The notes beneath the pieces were generated by a model that saw only the letters and a program-made list of their open reading frames with translations, was not told the origin of the DNA and made no database searches. A stretch of 63,986 nucleotides of DNA, counting the filler, from a bacterium (GTDB taxonomy: Bacteria > UBA9089 > CG2-30-40-21 > SBAY01), in the NCBI GenBank assembly GCA_040757115.1. It is 7 parts of 7 records of this genome, joined end to end, with 100 filler letters (N's around TTAATTAATTAA, not from the genome) between each part and the next. Parts side by side here need not be neighbours in the genome. Positions count along the whole stretch, not along the records: positions 9,842 to 19,570 come from JBFLYA010000139.1; positions 19,671 to 29,378 come from JBFLYA010000140.1; 5 more parts are not named here. One strand, given 5' to 3'. A program made the position numbers and the translations under genes. Of this stretch, positions 9,842 through 20,234 are shown in pieces (position 1 is the stretch's first letter; each line of letters starts with the position of its first letter).

Positions 9842-10018
9842 GCCAGCAGTGTTTGTCACGAAGAATTGAAAACATTACTGAGATGAAAAGAGAAGTAGCG
9901 GCTTGGGAATCAGAAAGAAATGATGCAGGGGCTAAAGTGGATTGGCAATTTACGACCCCAGATGCAAGAATTAAACTGAAACGACTTTATCCATCAATTA
10001 AGTAGCGACAGAGCACTA
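9842..10018 (+). mobile_element. IS630-family transposase 3' end and right terminus
   Basis: 9844-10005 encodes QQCLSRRI..VAAWESERN..VDWQFTTPDARIKLKRLYPSIK*; ends acagagcacTA. Confidence 0.85.
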
Positions 10019-10040
10019 GCATAAAGGTTAAAATAGTGTA

Positions 10041-10332
10041 TAGGGTTCTGCAAAATAGGATTTGAGGGAGACAACAAATAAATATTAAATATCAAAATGC
10101 AAAATTACAAATCAAATTTCAAAGAGGAAGTAGCAGGGTTTCTCAAAGAGTTGGAGGAATATAGTTGATAGTAGATAGTTGATAGTTGAAGGACTATAAA
10201 CCATAAACTATAAACCATAAACTATCAACTATAAACTATAAACGAGTTTTGCATTTTGCTCTTTGGAGGAAATCCCTTTTGGACACCAAATCTGCATAGA
10301 TTTCACTATTAGAGTTATTTTTCAGACACCAC
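10041..10332. repeat. Composite element: second, more deleted four-helix-bundle remnant, inverted (atagttg)n/(aactata)n arrays and a family B end
   Basis: Shares tagggttctgcaaaataggatttg...atgcaaaattacaaatcaaatttcaaa with 9506-9600; ends ttttcagacaccacc. Confidence 0.7.
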
Positions 10333-10382
10333 CGAAATCCGAACCCCGAACCCCTATTTTCAAGAGAAAGGATAGTATCACC

Positions 10383-11639
10383 GTGTATCATAAAGAAATA
10401 CTTCCAAACGGCATCAGGATAGTTATTGAAGAAATACCTGATGTCCGTTCTGTATGTATCGGTGTGTGGGTCAGTGTTGGCTCACGGGATGAGAAAGCCG
10501 AAGAGAATGGTATTTCCCATTTTCTTGAGCATATGATTTTCAAAGGCACAAAGTCAAAAACCGCTTTACAGATTGCTCAAATAATGGATTCTATGGGTGG
10601 ACATATCGACGCCGCTACAGGCCGAGAACACACCTGTTACTATGCTAAAATCCTGGATAAACATCTTCCAAAGACAATAGACCTGCTGGCAGATATATTT
10701 TTTAATTCTCTATTTAGCCCGGTTGAGATAGAAAAAGAAAAACAGGTGATTATCGAAGAAATAAAGATGTATGAAGACACCCCGGATGATTTAATTCATG
10801 ACATATTTATTCAAACCATCTGGGATAACCATCCATTAGGACAACCCATCTGGGGCAATGTCGAGGTTATTAAAAATATAACTCAAAAAAAACTAATCAA
10901 CTTCTGGAATTCTCGTTATACCCCTGATGAAATACTTATTGCCGTCGCAGGACATATTCAGAGAGATGCGGTTATTGAGCAATTATTCAAAGCCTTTAGC
11001 CATCATCGCGGTCTAAAGTGGCGCACGAGTTTAAATAATATTCCAGAATTTCGAGCGTGTTCAGTTTGCCAATTTCGTGAATTGGAACAAGTCCACCTAT
11101 GTCTGGGAACTCGTGGACTCCCATCGACACACAAAGATAGATTTGTCCTGAGGGTTTTGAGTACTATTTTAGGCATGGGGATGAGTTCAAGGTTATTTCA
11201 AAAAATTCGGGAAGAAAATGCTTTAGCTTATAATGTTCATGCCTATCCCGCCTCTTATAAAAATGGCGGGGCTTTAGTCGTCTATGTGGGTGTCAATCCT
11301 AAAAATTATAAAGAAGCCACAAAGATAATCCTGAATGAATTCAATGAATTGAAAAACAAATTAGTTGAGGAAGAGGAATTGATTAATGCAAAGGAAAAAC
11401 TTAAAGGGGCAATTTGTTTAAACGCAGAAGATACCGCTTATCGAATGAGTCGGCTGGCAGAACAAGAAATTCATTTCAACAGATTTTTTAGTATTGATGA
11501 GACATTAGAGTTAATTGATAAAGTTCAGTTAATGGATATCCAAAGGATTGCTCAGGATTTATTTAAGAGTGAATATCTATGTCTGACGACTATTGGTCCC
11601 TTGAGTGAACGAAAGGGGAAAATAATGTTAGAATGTTAA
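10383..11639 (+). CDS. M16 family (pitrilysin-like) zinc peptidase
   Basis: HFLEH (HxxEH), LPNGIRIV, SSRLFQKIRE; start moved to GTG 10383 because the upstream in-frame part is MITE sequence. Confidence 0.93.
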   Translation: MYHKEILPNGIRIVIEEIPDVRSVCIGVWVSVGSRDEKAEENGISHFLEHMIFKGTKSKTALQIAQIMDSMGGHIDAATGREHTCYYAKILDKHLPKTIDLLADIFFNSLFSPVEIEKEKQVIIEEIKMYEDTPDDLIHDIFIQTIWDNHPLGQPIWGNVEVIKNITQKKLINFWNSRYTPDEILIAVAGHIQRDAVIEQLFKAFSHHRGLKWRTSLNNIPEFRACSVCQFRELEQVHLCLGTRGLPSTHKDRFVLRVLSTILGMGMSSRLFQKIREENALAYNVHAYPASYKNGGALVVYVGVNPKNYKEATKIILNEFNELKNKLVEEEELINAKEKLKGAICLNAEDTAYRMSRLAEQEIHFNRFFSIDETLELIDKVQLMDIQRIAQDLFKSEYLCLTTIGPLSERKGKIMLEC

Positions 11640-11651
11640 GAGAGTGAATTA

Positions 11652-13733
11652 ATGAAAGAGCAACAAACTTCTGAATTTAAAATTATTAATGAAGTCGTAG
11701 GGATAGCCATCTTAGGATTGGCTCTTTTAATTTTAGTAAGTTTAATTGCAACTGACTACGCGGGAGGTATAGGAAGTTGGATTGCTAATTCTTTACAAGA
11801 TTCCTTTGGTCTGGGGGTATATCTTTTACCAGTTATTTTATGTATCTTTGGAGTCAGGAGATTTAAAGGAAAATTAGAAGGGTCATTTATTCGGGGACTG
11901 GGTGGATTATTGTTGTTAATTTCCACCTCGACATTTGCTTCTTTCTTTTATGATATCTGGATAGAAATTAATGGCGGCTATATCGGTATTGCCATTTCTG
12001 AATTGTTAAAAGAGTGGTTTGGTCCAGGAGCAGTGGTTATCAATTTTACATTCTTTGCCTTAGGATTTATACTTCTTACGGAATCTTCACTTATTCCGCC
12101 CCTTGTTGGAATAAAAAAAGTATTTCTTTTCCCGATAAGATTTTTTACCTCAGAAAAAGCGGAATCTGTGATTAAAGAAGAACAAGAAATTCCTAAAAGA
12201 AAAACAGATATTAAAGAAAAACCACCTGCAACCCCACGAATTATTTTACCAAAGGTTATTACTCCCGCATCTATGTCGTCACAAGAGGTTAATAGGGAAG
12301 AAATTACAGCGGCATCTTCATATCAACCTCCTCCATTGGGAATACTTAATGATTCTCTGCCACCATCAGAAAAAGACTTAAAAGATGATTTATTACTTAT
12401 TTCTGGACTTCTTGAGGATACATTAGCGGATTTTGGGATTGAGGCTAAGGTTGTTCAGGTCAATCGAGGTCCTGCGGTTACCAGTTTTGAGGTTCAGCCC
12501 GCCGCGGGTGTTAAAGTAAGTAGTGTTGTTGGGCTTTCTAATGACCTGGCTCTGGCTCTGGCTGCACCAAGTATCCGCATAGAAGCACCAATACCCGGCA
12601 AACAAGTCATTGGCATCGAAGTGCCAAATCGTAAGGCAACACCTGTCTGTATAAAAGAGGTATTATCAACTGATGTCTTCATTAATTGTGCATCTCCTCT
12701 TACAATTGCTTTAGGAAAGGATATTTTTGGGAAACCTGTGATAGCCGATTTAGTCGAAATGCCACATCTGTTAATCGCTGGAGCAACTGGCTCAGGCAAA
12801 AGTGTCTGTATCAATGCCGTTATTACCAGTATTTTATATAAAACCTCTCCTTATAAAGTAAAATTTATTATGATAGATCCAAAACGAGTTGAATTAACTA
12901 TTTATAATGGTATTCCACATCTTTTATTTCCGGTTATCGTTAATGCCAAAGAATCTATTCGTGTGTTAACCTGGTTAGAAAAAGAAATGGAAACAAGATA
13001 TGAACGACTTGCCGCTGTAGGAGCAAGAGATATTGAAAGTTATAATCAAAAAATGAAATTAGACCCGGAAAATAATCTCCATTACATCATCACGGTTATA
13101 GATGAATTGGCAGATTTAATGACAGGTCCATCACAAAAAAATTGTGAAGGCTCGATAACTAAACTTTCTCAAATGGCAAGAGCAGTTGGTATTCATTTAG
13201 TTTTAGCCACACAAAGACCGTCAGTGGATATTATTACCGGTGTGATTAAGGCAAATTTTCCATCCCGAATAGCCTTTCAGGTATTTTCTAAAGTTGACTC
13301 AAGAACTATATTGGATGTAATGGGGGCGGAGAAACTTCTCGGTAAAGGAGATATGCTCTTTTTACCTGCTGGAGCACCTAAACCTACTCGTATTCAAGGG
13401 TCTTATGTTACAGATACAGAGGTAGAAAAAATTGTTGAATTTATTAAAAATCAGAAGATTCAACTCCCTACCCAACAAATTGATTTAAAAACAGAAATGG
13501 AAACAGAAGTTGAGGATGAAGAAGAAGATAATGATGATGAGTTCTACAATGAAGCACTTCAGATAATTGCTCGAGTCGGTTATGCCTCTACTTCAATGTT
13601 ACAACGTAAATTAAAGATTGGTTATAATCGGGCGGCAAGATTAATCGAGATGATGGAACAGGATGGCTATGTCGGACCACCAGATGGAAGTAAACCACGA
13701 CCGGTATATGTTACCGCCGAAGACCTGAAGTAA
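11652..13733 (+). CDS. ftsK: DNA translocase FtsK/SpoIIIE
   Basis: N-terminal TM segments, PHLLIAGATGSGKS, ATQRPS, C-terminal gamma domain LQRKLKIGYNRAAR. Confidence 0.97.
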   Translation: MKEQQTSEFKIINEVVGIAILGLALLILVSLIATDYAGGIGSWIANSLQDSFGLGVYLLPVILCIFGVRRFKGKLEGSFIRGLGGLLLLISTSTFASFFYDIWIEINGGYIGIAISELLKEWFGPGAVVINFTFFALGFILLTESSLIPPLVGIKKVFLFPIRFFTSEKAESVIKEEQEIPKRKTDIKEKPPATPRIILPKVITPASMSSQEVNREEITAASSYQPPPLGILNDSLPPSEKDLKDDLLLISGLLEDTLADFGIEAKVVQVNRGPAVTSFEVQPAAGVKVSSVVGLSNDLALALAAPSIRIEAPIPGKQVIGIEVPNRKATPVCIKEVLSTDVFINCASPLTIALGKDIFGKPVIADLVEMPHLLIAGATGSGKSVCINAVITSILYKTSPYKVKFIMIDPKRVELTIYNGIPHLLFPVIVNAKESIRVLTWLEKEMETRYERLAAVGARDIESYNQKMKLDPENNLHYIITVIDELADLMTGPSQKNCEGSITKLSQMARAVGIHLVLATQRPSVDIITGVIKANFPSRIAFQVFSKVDSRTILDVMGAEKLLGKGDMLFLPAGAPKPTRIQGSYVTDTEVEKIVEFIKNQKIQLPTQQIDLKTEMETEVEDEEEDNDDEFYNEALQIIARVGYASTSMLQRKLKIGYNRAARLIEMMEQDGYVGPPDGSKPRPVYVTAEDLK

Positions 13734-13742
13734 ACTGGTAAT

Positions 13743-13896
13743 TATAGTAGTTATTAACAAAAATTTCTCATAGAACAGATATAGCAACATGGTTGATAGT
13801 TTATAGTTTATAGTTTCATAGACTATCAACCCCATCAACTATCAACTATCAACCATCAACAATACTAATGTGAACTTTTGGTTAATACTTACTATA
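13743..13896. mobile_element. MITE with TATA ends enclosing inverted (atagttt)n/(caactat)n arrays
   Basis: Imperfect ~21-bp TIR: tatagtagttattaacaaaaa versus reverse complement tatagtaagtattaaccaaaa. Confidence 0.65.
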
Positions 13897-13932
13897 GTAA
13901 CTATTTAACCAATTACCAATAATGAGGATAAA

Positions 13933-14853
13933 ATGAGTAATAAAGTTGGTGAAATTTTAAGAAAAAGACGCGAATTAGAATCAATGCCATTAGAAGATGT
14001 TGAGACACAAACAATGATTGCCAAGAAATATATAATCGCATTAGAAACTGGTGATTACGATACCTTCCCAGGAAAAGTCTATGCGAAAGGGTTCTTGCGC
14101 AATTACGCTAATTTCATTGGATTTAGTGAAAAGGAAATAAATGATTTATCCTCACAATATGATTTAGAATGGCAAGAAGCCCATTTTGACCATTCATTAT
14201 CAGTAACAAAAACGGATGAAAAACGACCTTCGGCTTTAAAAACTAATAGGTTCCTCTATATGATTATATTTATATTAGTCATATGTTTTTCTGGATTTTT
14301 AATCTTTTATTTTATAAAACAAAAAAATCTACATCAAGAAGTAACCCTTGCCCCTGGTAAATTATTAGAAGAAAATATGTTCAAACCAGAAGATATTGTA
14401 AAAAAGATAGAAAGTGTTAAAGAAAATGAGGAAAAACAATCAATGAATAATTATAAAGAGGAAGAAGAGGTTATCTTAGAGGCATTTGCCGATGAGAAAG
14501 TTTGGTTGTATGCGACGATTGATGGTAAAAAAAAGCATGAGATTCTTTTAGCACCAGAGCAAACGGTAAAATGGCGTGCCCAAAAAGAGATATTTTTAAC
14601 GATTGGAAATGCTGGCGGAGTAGTATTCAAATTGAACGATGAATATAAAGGTGCATTAGGGAAAAAAGGAGAGGTGAAAAAAATATTAGTTACTGCTAAA
14701 GGTTTTGACTTCATAAAAACTCAGCAGGCGATTATCCCCCAAAAAGAAGAACCAATAAGCACCTCTTCTGTGACCTCCATTGGCACTACTTCACCACCAC
14801 CAGTACCACCACCAGTCCCTGAAAATCCACCGATTTTGATGCCAACAGAATAG
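13933..14853 (+). CDS. rodZ: RodZ-like protein (HTH, TM, C-terminal DUF4115-like domain)
   Basis: VGEILRKRRE..ALETGDY..PGKVYAKGFLRNYA; TM helix; IGNAGGV; follows ftsK. Confidence 0.85.
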   Translation: MSNKVGEILRKRRELESMPLEDVETQTMIAKKYIIALETGDYDTFPGKVYAKGFLRNYANFIGFSEKEINDLSSQYDLEWQEAHFDHSLSVTKTDEKRPSALKTNRFLYMIIFILVICFSGFLIFYFIKQKNLHQEVTLAPGKLLEENMFKPEDIVKKIESVKENEEKQSMNNYKEEEEVILEAFADEKVWLYATIDGKKKHEILLAPEQTVKWRAQKEIFLTIGNAGGVVFKLNDEYKGALGKKGEVKKILVTAKGFDFIKTQQAIIPQKEEPISTSSVTSIGTTSPPPVPPPVPENPPILMPTE

Positions 14854-14974
14854 ATGTAACCATTTGTTGTGCTAATACTCGTATGCATACTTTTAAGATC
14901 TAAAACTTGCCTATCCCCTTGATTATTAAAAGGTTATCCCTTCTTTATAAGCTCTTTTTGAGGGGAAGTTCCGA

Positions 14975-15883
14975 TTAAAATCTTACTAAAAGGCAGTAGC
15001 GATGGGTTTTACCTAAATCTCCATACGGAACATAGGCATAGTCTAATTGTAAGGTGCGGAGTGCAAAGCCTATGCCTAAAGTTACCCCTGAGCCTTCATC
15101 TATCCCCGAGTTGTAGCCACCTCTTAATGCAACAGTTGAGGTCAGCCAGTATTCGGTACCTAAATTTAGCCTCAAGTCATTATCAACTGGCTTATTAATG
15201 TCCAGAAGAAGAATGAGTCTATCATCCATAGCCTTATAGGCAGTACCTAACTTGACATTTAATGGTAAGTTATCTCCTTCATTAATAAACTTTACCTTTG
15301 AGCCTAAATTCTGTAATGCGCCTCCAATTAACAGATTTTCTAGCGGTGTTCTGGACAAAAAGCCAACATCTACAGCAAAGCTATTAGCCTTTTCATTATC
15401 AATCTTTAATGAAATTGCTTTTATACTTGCTCCAAGAGATAGCTCCTCCGAGAGTTTCCAGCCGTAAGCCGCAGTAACTACCATATCTTTTGCCTCAAAA
15501 TCACCTTCTTCTATCCCATTAGTGTTAAGCTTTTTCATATCTCCTGAGCCTAAATACATCATACTCAAGCCCAAAGCTCTATCATTAGCCAGTGGTTGTG
15601 CATAGCCTGCAAATCCGTAGTTTATCTCTTTGAGCCAATCAGAGTGCATAAAGCAAAACTCTTTTTCTTTTAAGTTTGCCAATCCTGCTGGATTCCAATA
15701 AATAGCAGTTACATCATCTGCTAATGCACCAAATGCCTCACTCATAGCCGCAGGTCGAGCACCAACACTTAGTTTAAGCACCTGGGCTCCTGTTGAACCT
15801 TTTTTAGCTCCTTCTACTCCCACACTGTTTAAAGCTAAAACAATCCCTAAACTTACCAATACCTTTAATACATTCTTACACAT
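14975..15883 (-). CDS. PorV/PorQ-family outer-membrane beta-barrel
   Basis: Signal peptide, GARPAAMSEAF..ADDVTAIYWNPAGL, DYAYVPYGDLG, terminal Phe. Confidence 0.85.
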   Translation of the reverse strand: MCKNVLKVLVSLGIVLALNSVGVEGAKKGSTGAQVLKLSVGARPAAMSEAFGALADDVTAIYWNPAGLANLKEKEFCFMHSDWLKEINYGFAGYAQPLANDRALGLSMMYLGSGDMKKLNTNGIEEGDFEAKDMVVTAAYGWKLSEELSLGASIKAISLKIDNEKANSFAVDVGFLSRTPLENLLIGGALQNLGSKVKFINEGDNLPLNVKLGTAYKAMDDRLILLLDINKPVDNDLRLNLGTEYWLTSTVALRGGYNSGIDEGSGVTLGIGFALRTLQLDYAYVPYGDLGKTHRYCLLVRF

Positions 15884-15997
15884 TTTAATCTACCTCCTTT
15901 AATTCGGTGATTGGTAAATGGTAATTAGCCAGTTACCAGTTATCATTGTCGTTTGTGTCTTCTTGAGGCATGTATGTGTTTCTCCTTTCCTCCACAC

Positions 15998-18900
15998 TTA
16001 TTTAATTATCGCCAATTTACCTGTCTTTTTACTTAAAGTGCTGCTATTGATTATGTAGATATACACACCACTGGCAAAGTCTTTTGCCGTAAGCCAGATA
16101 TAGTCATTATCAGTCCCATGCATCTCTGAAACTAACTCACCGGCGATATTGTATATCTTAATATTCCAGTTAGTACCAAGATTTTCAAATTTAATCCCTT
16201 GACTAATACTCGGTCGATACGGATTGGGATAGACTTTGAATATAGCTGGGTTACTGATTTTAATGAACTCACAAATTTGTTTCTCAACTTCTTTCTTACC
16301 AGGTGTGTTATCAGGTAGTCCTGTTAGTACTGCTAACATTTCTTCGTAGCACTTAATAAACTTAGAGTGGTCTATCTCATAGATACTCATAGCCCTTGCA
16401 GGTGCTGGCATCATTAATCTTCTATCAGGAGTCTTTCCCCAATTTACGGCTACGGCGATTATATCTTCTGGTTCTACTATTCCATTTCCATCGGTATCAG
16501 CGTAGCAGGCATCTGGAAATGGAGGGATGACAATGCCCCACTTAATAGCTAATTGTTTTTCCCATTTTATCCTTATCTCAAGTGGCGTCTCATCAGGCCA
16601 ACGGGCAGGTCCTGCCGCATGTAAGTACCAATAATATAGTATGGGGATTATATCCCCTAACGCTACAATCCCATCGTTGTCTGTATCCCCGGGACAGACC
16701 TCGGCTGTATCTATCCCTAAATCTACTGTTAATGTACAACTACCTGATGCAAGACCAATTCTATTTGACTCAGAACCATACGCAGATACCTGATGAACTG
16801 TAAATTTAATCTCTTCACCAATCTTAGCCTGGTCTAACACTTTAAGCCAAATATTAGTCATCGTCCCATACCCATTTACACCACCACCTTTTCGTGCCAC
16901 GCAGATACTCAGTGTTCCATTACCACCTCCAGTTAGAATGAGTGAATCTATGCCGATAAATTCACCTGCTGTGATATTTTTATAAAGTGGCTTAACCACC
17001 TGTATAATATCAGGTCTATCCCATACCAGTTCATACACTACATTAGACAATTCAGTTACCTGATTATCTTCATCTCCTCCCTGTATGGTGAGTAAAAATT
17101 CCACCCCTGCTGGTTGAGGAGAGCTAAGTTCGGGTCTTATTGTCACCCTGTTTGTTACAAATTCATCTGATTCAGGTAACAGGCTGACCCAGCTTTGAGT
17201 TCCATAAGCCTCTACTTGACTAAAACTCACACTAATCGTCCCAGGTTGAGCCTCTGCAGATAATTTAAATTTCACTAAGACCACATTCCCATAGCCTGTT
17301 ACACCCTGGTCAGTTGGTTTTCTACCAATAAATACTGTTACTGTACCTGGAGAAGAATGGTCTTCCTGAAATATAGGGTCATCTCCTAAGAAACCACCAT
17401 GTTTAACTTCAAGCACATCAAGAATCTCAAAATTGGTATAATGAAGGTTAAATTTAAGGTGATGCAGGTCCTCAACAGGCTCTCCCTCATCCCCAACCTG
17501 AATTTTGACCCAAACCTCGGACCCGGCAGATTGGGGTGAAGAGACGATAGGTTTTATTTTAGCAGAGTAGAGGATGAAGTTGACACCTGTTGTCTCAGTG
17601 CTTGCTTTAATAACTACTCCACTGGTTTCTGTAGCTAAGTAGCCTGATTTTGATGCCCTTGCAGTATAAGTCCCTTCTGGTAAGCCAGTGATAGAATAAG
17701 TTCCCGCAGCGGATGTTGTAGTAGAACCTATCACCGTCCCCGTTCCATCCAAAGCCAGCACCGTCGCCCCTTCGATAGCCGTCATCCCATCAGATTCAGT
17801 GACTTTGCCTGATATAGAGGCTACTCCAAGGGAATTGATTATATCGTCTATATTAACCTCAGCATCATCATATAAGCTAACTCCTGTACTTACAGCCCCA
17901 GTATGAAAGGCTATCAGTCCTCGATAAGTGGCCGTTCCTCCTGGATTCAAGGTGAATTCTCTTACCATTGAGTCCAAACAAGTTGAAGGAGGGATGTAAC
18001 CTGTTGGACCACCAGTGACAAATTGATTAGGATTAGTTGTCCAAGGTTGGATGAAACCAAATGTCATCCCTTCAGTATTATCATATATAGAGACGAATGG
18101 TTTTGTAGGCGAAGGGGAGTAGACTGACCACACATTAACAGAATCAAAGATTTGCTCAGAATATCCATATACAGTGAATTTATCAGGATTTACTGGTATT
18201 AAAGACCCAAATGCTGCACCATCATGGATGTGTGTTGGGTACTCATCATAGGTAAAGGTCGAGCTACCAATATTCCTGAAAGTAGTCTGAAAGACTGCAT
18301 ACTCCTTATCTTTGGGAAGTATGATTGTTGCAGTAACCATTATTTGCTTATCTGGTGTAGTTCCCTGTATATGGGTAACCCGATAAGCGGCTACTTCAGG
18401 TGTATTCTTAATCAACTCAACTGTATTTGGAATCACACCACTTATATATTCATCAACAAACATCCCCCAATTTCCATTTGGCTTGGTATAAGAACTCTGA
18501 CCAGATCTACCCCCGGCTGAATAGTAATTATAACCATTCTCGCTATCTCCATTTATCTGGATCCATACCTTGCCATTGTCCATCTTAATATCGATTGTAC
18601 CATCATGGGTCAAATCTTGTTGGATGACTGTAACCTCACTACCTGTATCAAAAACTGATATATCTCTTGTGGTTGTATCTGTTGCTCCATCGGTATCTTT
18701 AACTTCAAGTCTGATAATTTTAGTTCCAGCAGTTGGGTATTGGTGAGAGGCTGTCTTAACAGTGGTATAAGGTGTATCCCAACTACCATCATTCTCCCAG
18801 TCCCATCTTACTTGCAAAGCAGAGGTGGGGTCTTCCTTATCAGTAGATGAAGAGGCATCTACGGTATAGGTAGTGCCTACTGGACCTGAGGAAGGACTGA

Positions 18901-19443
18901 CCGTGAAAGAGGCAATAGGAGGGGTGTTGGTGCCCGTTAAAGATTGGGCGATAGCATAGAGTTTATTATCCCAGGAACCAACATAGATGGTTCCATCAGA
19001 GTTTATTGCTGGGGAAGAGGTAATAATACCTTCGGTAGCAAACTCCCATTTCTTCGTGCCATCAGGGTTTATGGCATAGAGTTTTTTATCGTATGATCCT
19101 ACATAAATTGTCCCATCAAACCCTATGGCTGCTGAAGAACTGGCAAGATCTCCTGTAGCAAACTCCCATTTCTTCGTGCCATCAGGGTTTATGGCGTAGA
19201 ATTTATTGGCATACAAGGATCCCACATAAACTGTTCCATCAACTTCTATGGCTGGGGAGGAACCCACATGACTTTCTGTAGCAAACTCCCATTTCTTCGT
19301 GCCATCGGGATTTATAGCATAGAGTTTATGATCGTGTGAGCCAACATAGATAGTCCCATCAACTCCAATTGCAGGGGAAGATTCTACACTATCACCGGTT
19401 TCAAACTCCCATTTCTTTGTCCCATCAGGGTTTATGGCATAGA
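15998..19443 (-). CDS. Large secreted modular protein: PQQ-type propeller repeats, PKD, carboxypeptidase-regulatory-like, two cohesin-like and one dockerin-like domain, T9SS-like C-terminal domain; 5' end interrupted
   Basis: YAINPDGTKKWEF..SSPAIG.DGTIYVGS repeats; GDTDNDG/DTDGNG loops; VYPNPY..IKIYNIAGELV..ASGVYIY..TGKLAIIK; repeat register breaks at 19444. Confidence 0.8.
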
Positions 19444-19570
19444 TGCTACATAGCATAACATCGTGCACCCTATTTTAATACAAATTTATAGCAGGACATC
19501 GTGCACTCTCACCCCATGGGGTGAGCGAAATTCTAATCCTCAAAAATAGCAGGACATCGTGCACCTTACA
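19444..19570. mobile_element. Probable IS terminus (IS21-like) inserted in the gene above
   Basis: Begins TG; three 19-bp direct repeats atagca(gg/ta)acatcgtgcac at 19450, 19488 and 19546; perfect 18-bp palindrome at 19508-19525. Confidence 0.55.
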
Positions 19571-19670
19571 NNNNNNNNNNNNNNNNNNNNNNNNNNNNNN
19601 NNNNNNNNNNNNNNTTAATTAATTAANNNNNNNNNNNNNNNNNNNNNNNNNNNNNNNNNNNNNNNNNNNN
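19571..19670. other. Artificial contig spacer
   Basis: N-run, TTAATTAATTAA, N-run. Confidence 0.99.
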
Positions 19671-19767
19671 GAGTTTTAGTTTTTCGTAAACTTCCTTATC
19701 TTTTTCTGATAGTTGGAGATTTTTTATATGTTTTTTGACAAATTTTTTATATTTTTTATGTAAGCGA

Positions 19768-19890
19768 AGGGCTGGCAACATAAAAATACACCTCCCAAGT
19801 TTTTTAATTTTGTTTAGCTGTTAATAGCTAATATACAAATAAGCAAAACAAAAAATGGGAGAAAGTCAAGAAAAAAATGTTGCCAGCCCT
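19768..19890. mobile_element. Miniature inverted-repeat element or internally deleted IS
   Basis: Perfect 14-bp IR agggctggcaacat / atgttgccagccct; contains an orphan GGAGGT..ATG on the minus strand. Confidence 0.55.
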
Positions 19891-19932
19891 GGAATAAATC
19901 AGGAATTAGTGATGTTGTGATGGTAAAAATTG

Positions 19933-20132
19933 GGGGGTGTCTTAATCTAGCATAAAAGTTGAAATAGTGTAAGAAAAGGAGATATGGGGATTATGGAGAT
20001 AAGGAGATAAATTCATTCTGAAATTTTGCAAATTACAATGAATAATCTCCATATCTCCCTTTATCTCCTTATCCCCTTTTGGACACCAAATCTGAATAGA
20101 TTTCACTATTAGCGTTATTTTCAGACACCACC
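19933..20132. mobile_element. MITE family B (opposite orientation to the 3323 copy)
   Basis: Termini gggggtgtct / agacaccacc; perfect 8-bp TSD aaaaattg (19925-19932, 20133-20140). Confidence 0.88.
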
Positions 20133-20234
20133 AAAAATTGGGGGGAAGATAAAAAACGGTTGGTTTTAAACTTCAGTCAAATCCGAGCTCTGGAGATATT
20201 GAGAGAGCTCAGGTTACAAAGGAGGGAACTAAAT

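Noticed and set aside
10263-10382. N-terminal extensions of the listed ORFs for M16 peptidase, exbD, lnt, pcm, EndoQ and the second PorV-like gene
   Set aside because: They come from repeat or intergenic sequence; downstream starts fit the family N-termini and RBS positions better.
9076-11639. Apparent operon continuity across gaps, such as cdaR to the M16 peptidase
   Set aside because: Contigs are ordered by length, so adjacency across spacers is arbitrary.
19450-19564. Possible CRISPR array
   Set aside because: Repeats are only 19 bp, spacers are 19 and 39 nt, and no cas genes are present; a transposon end fits better.
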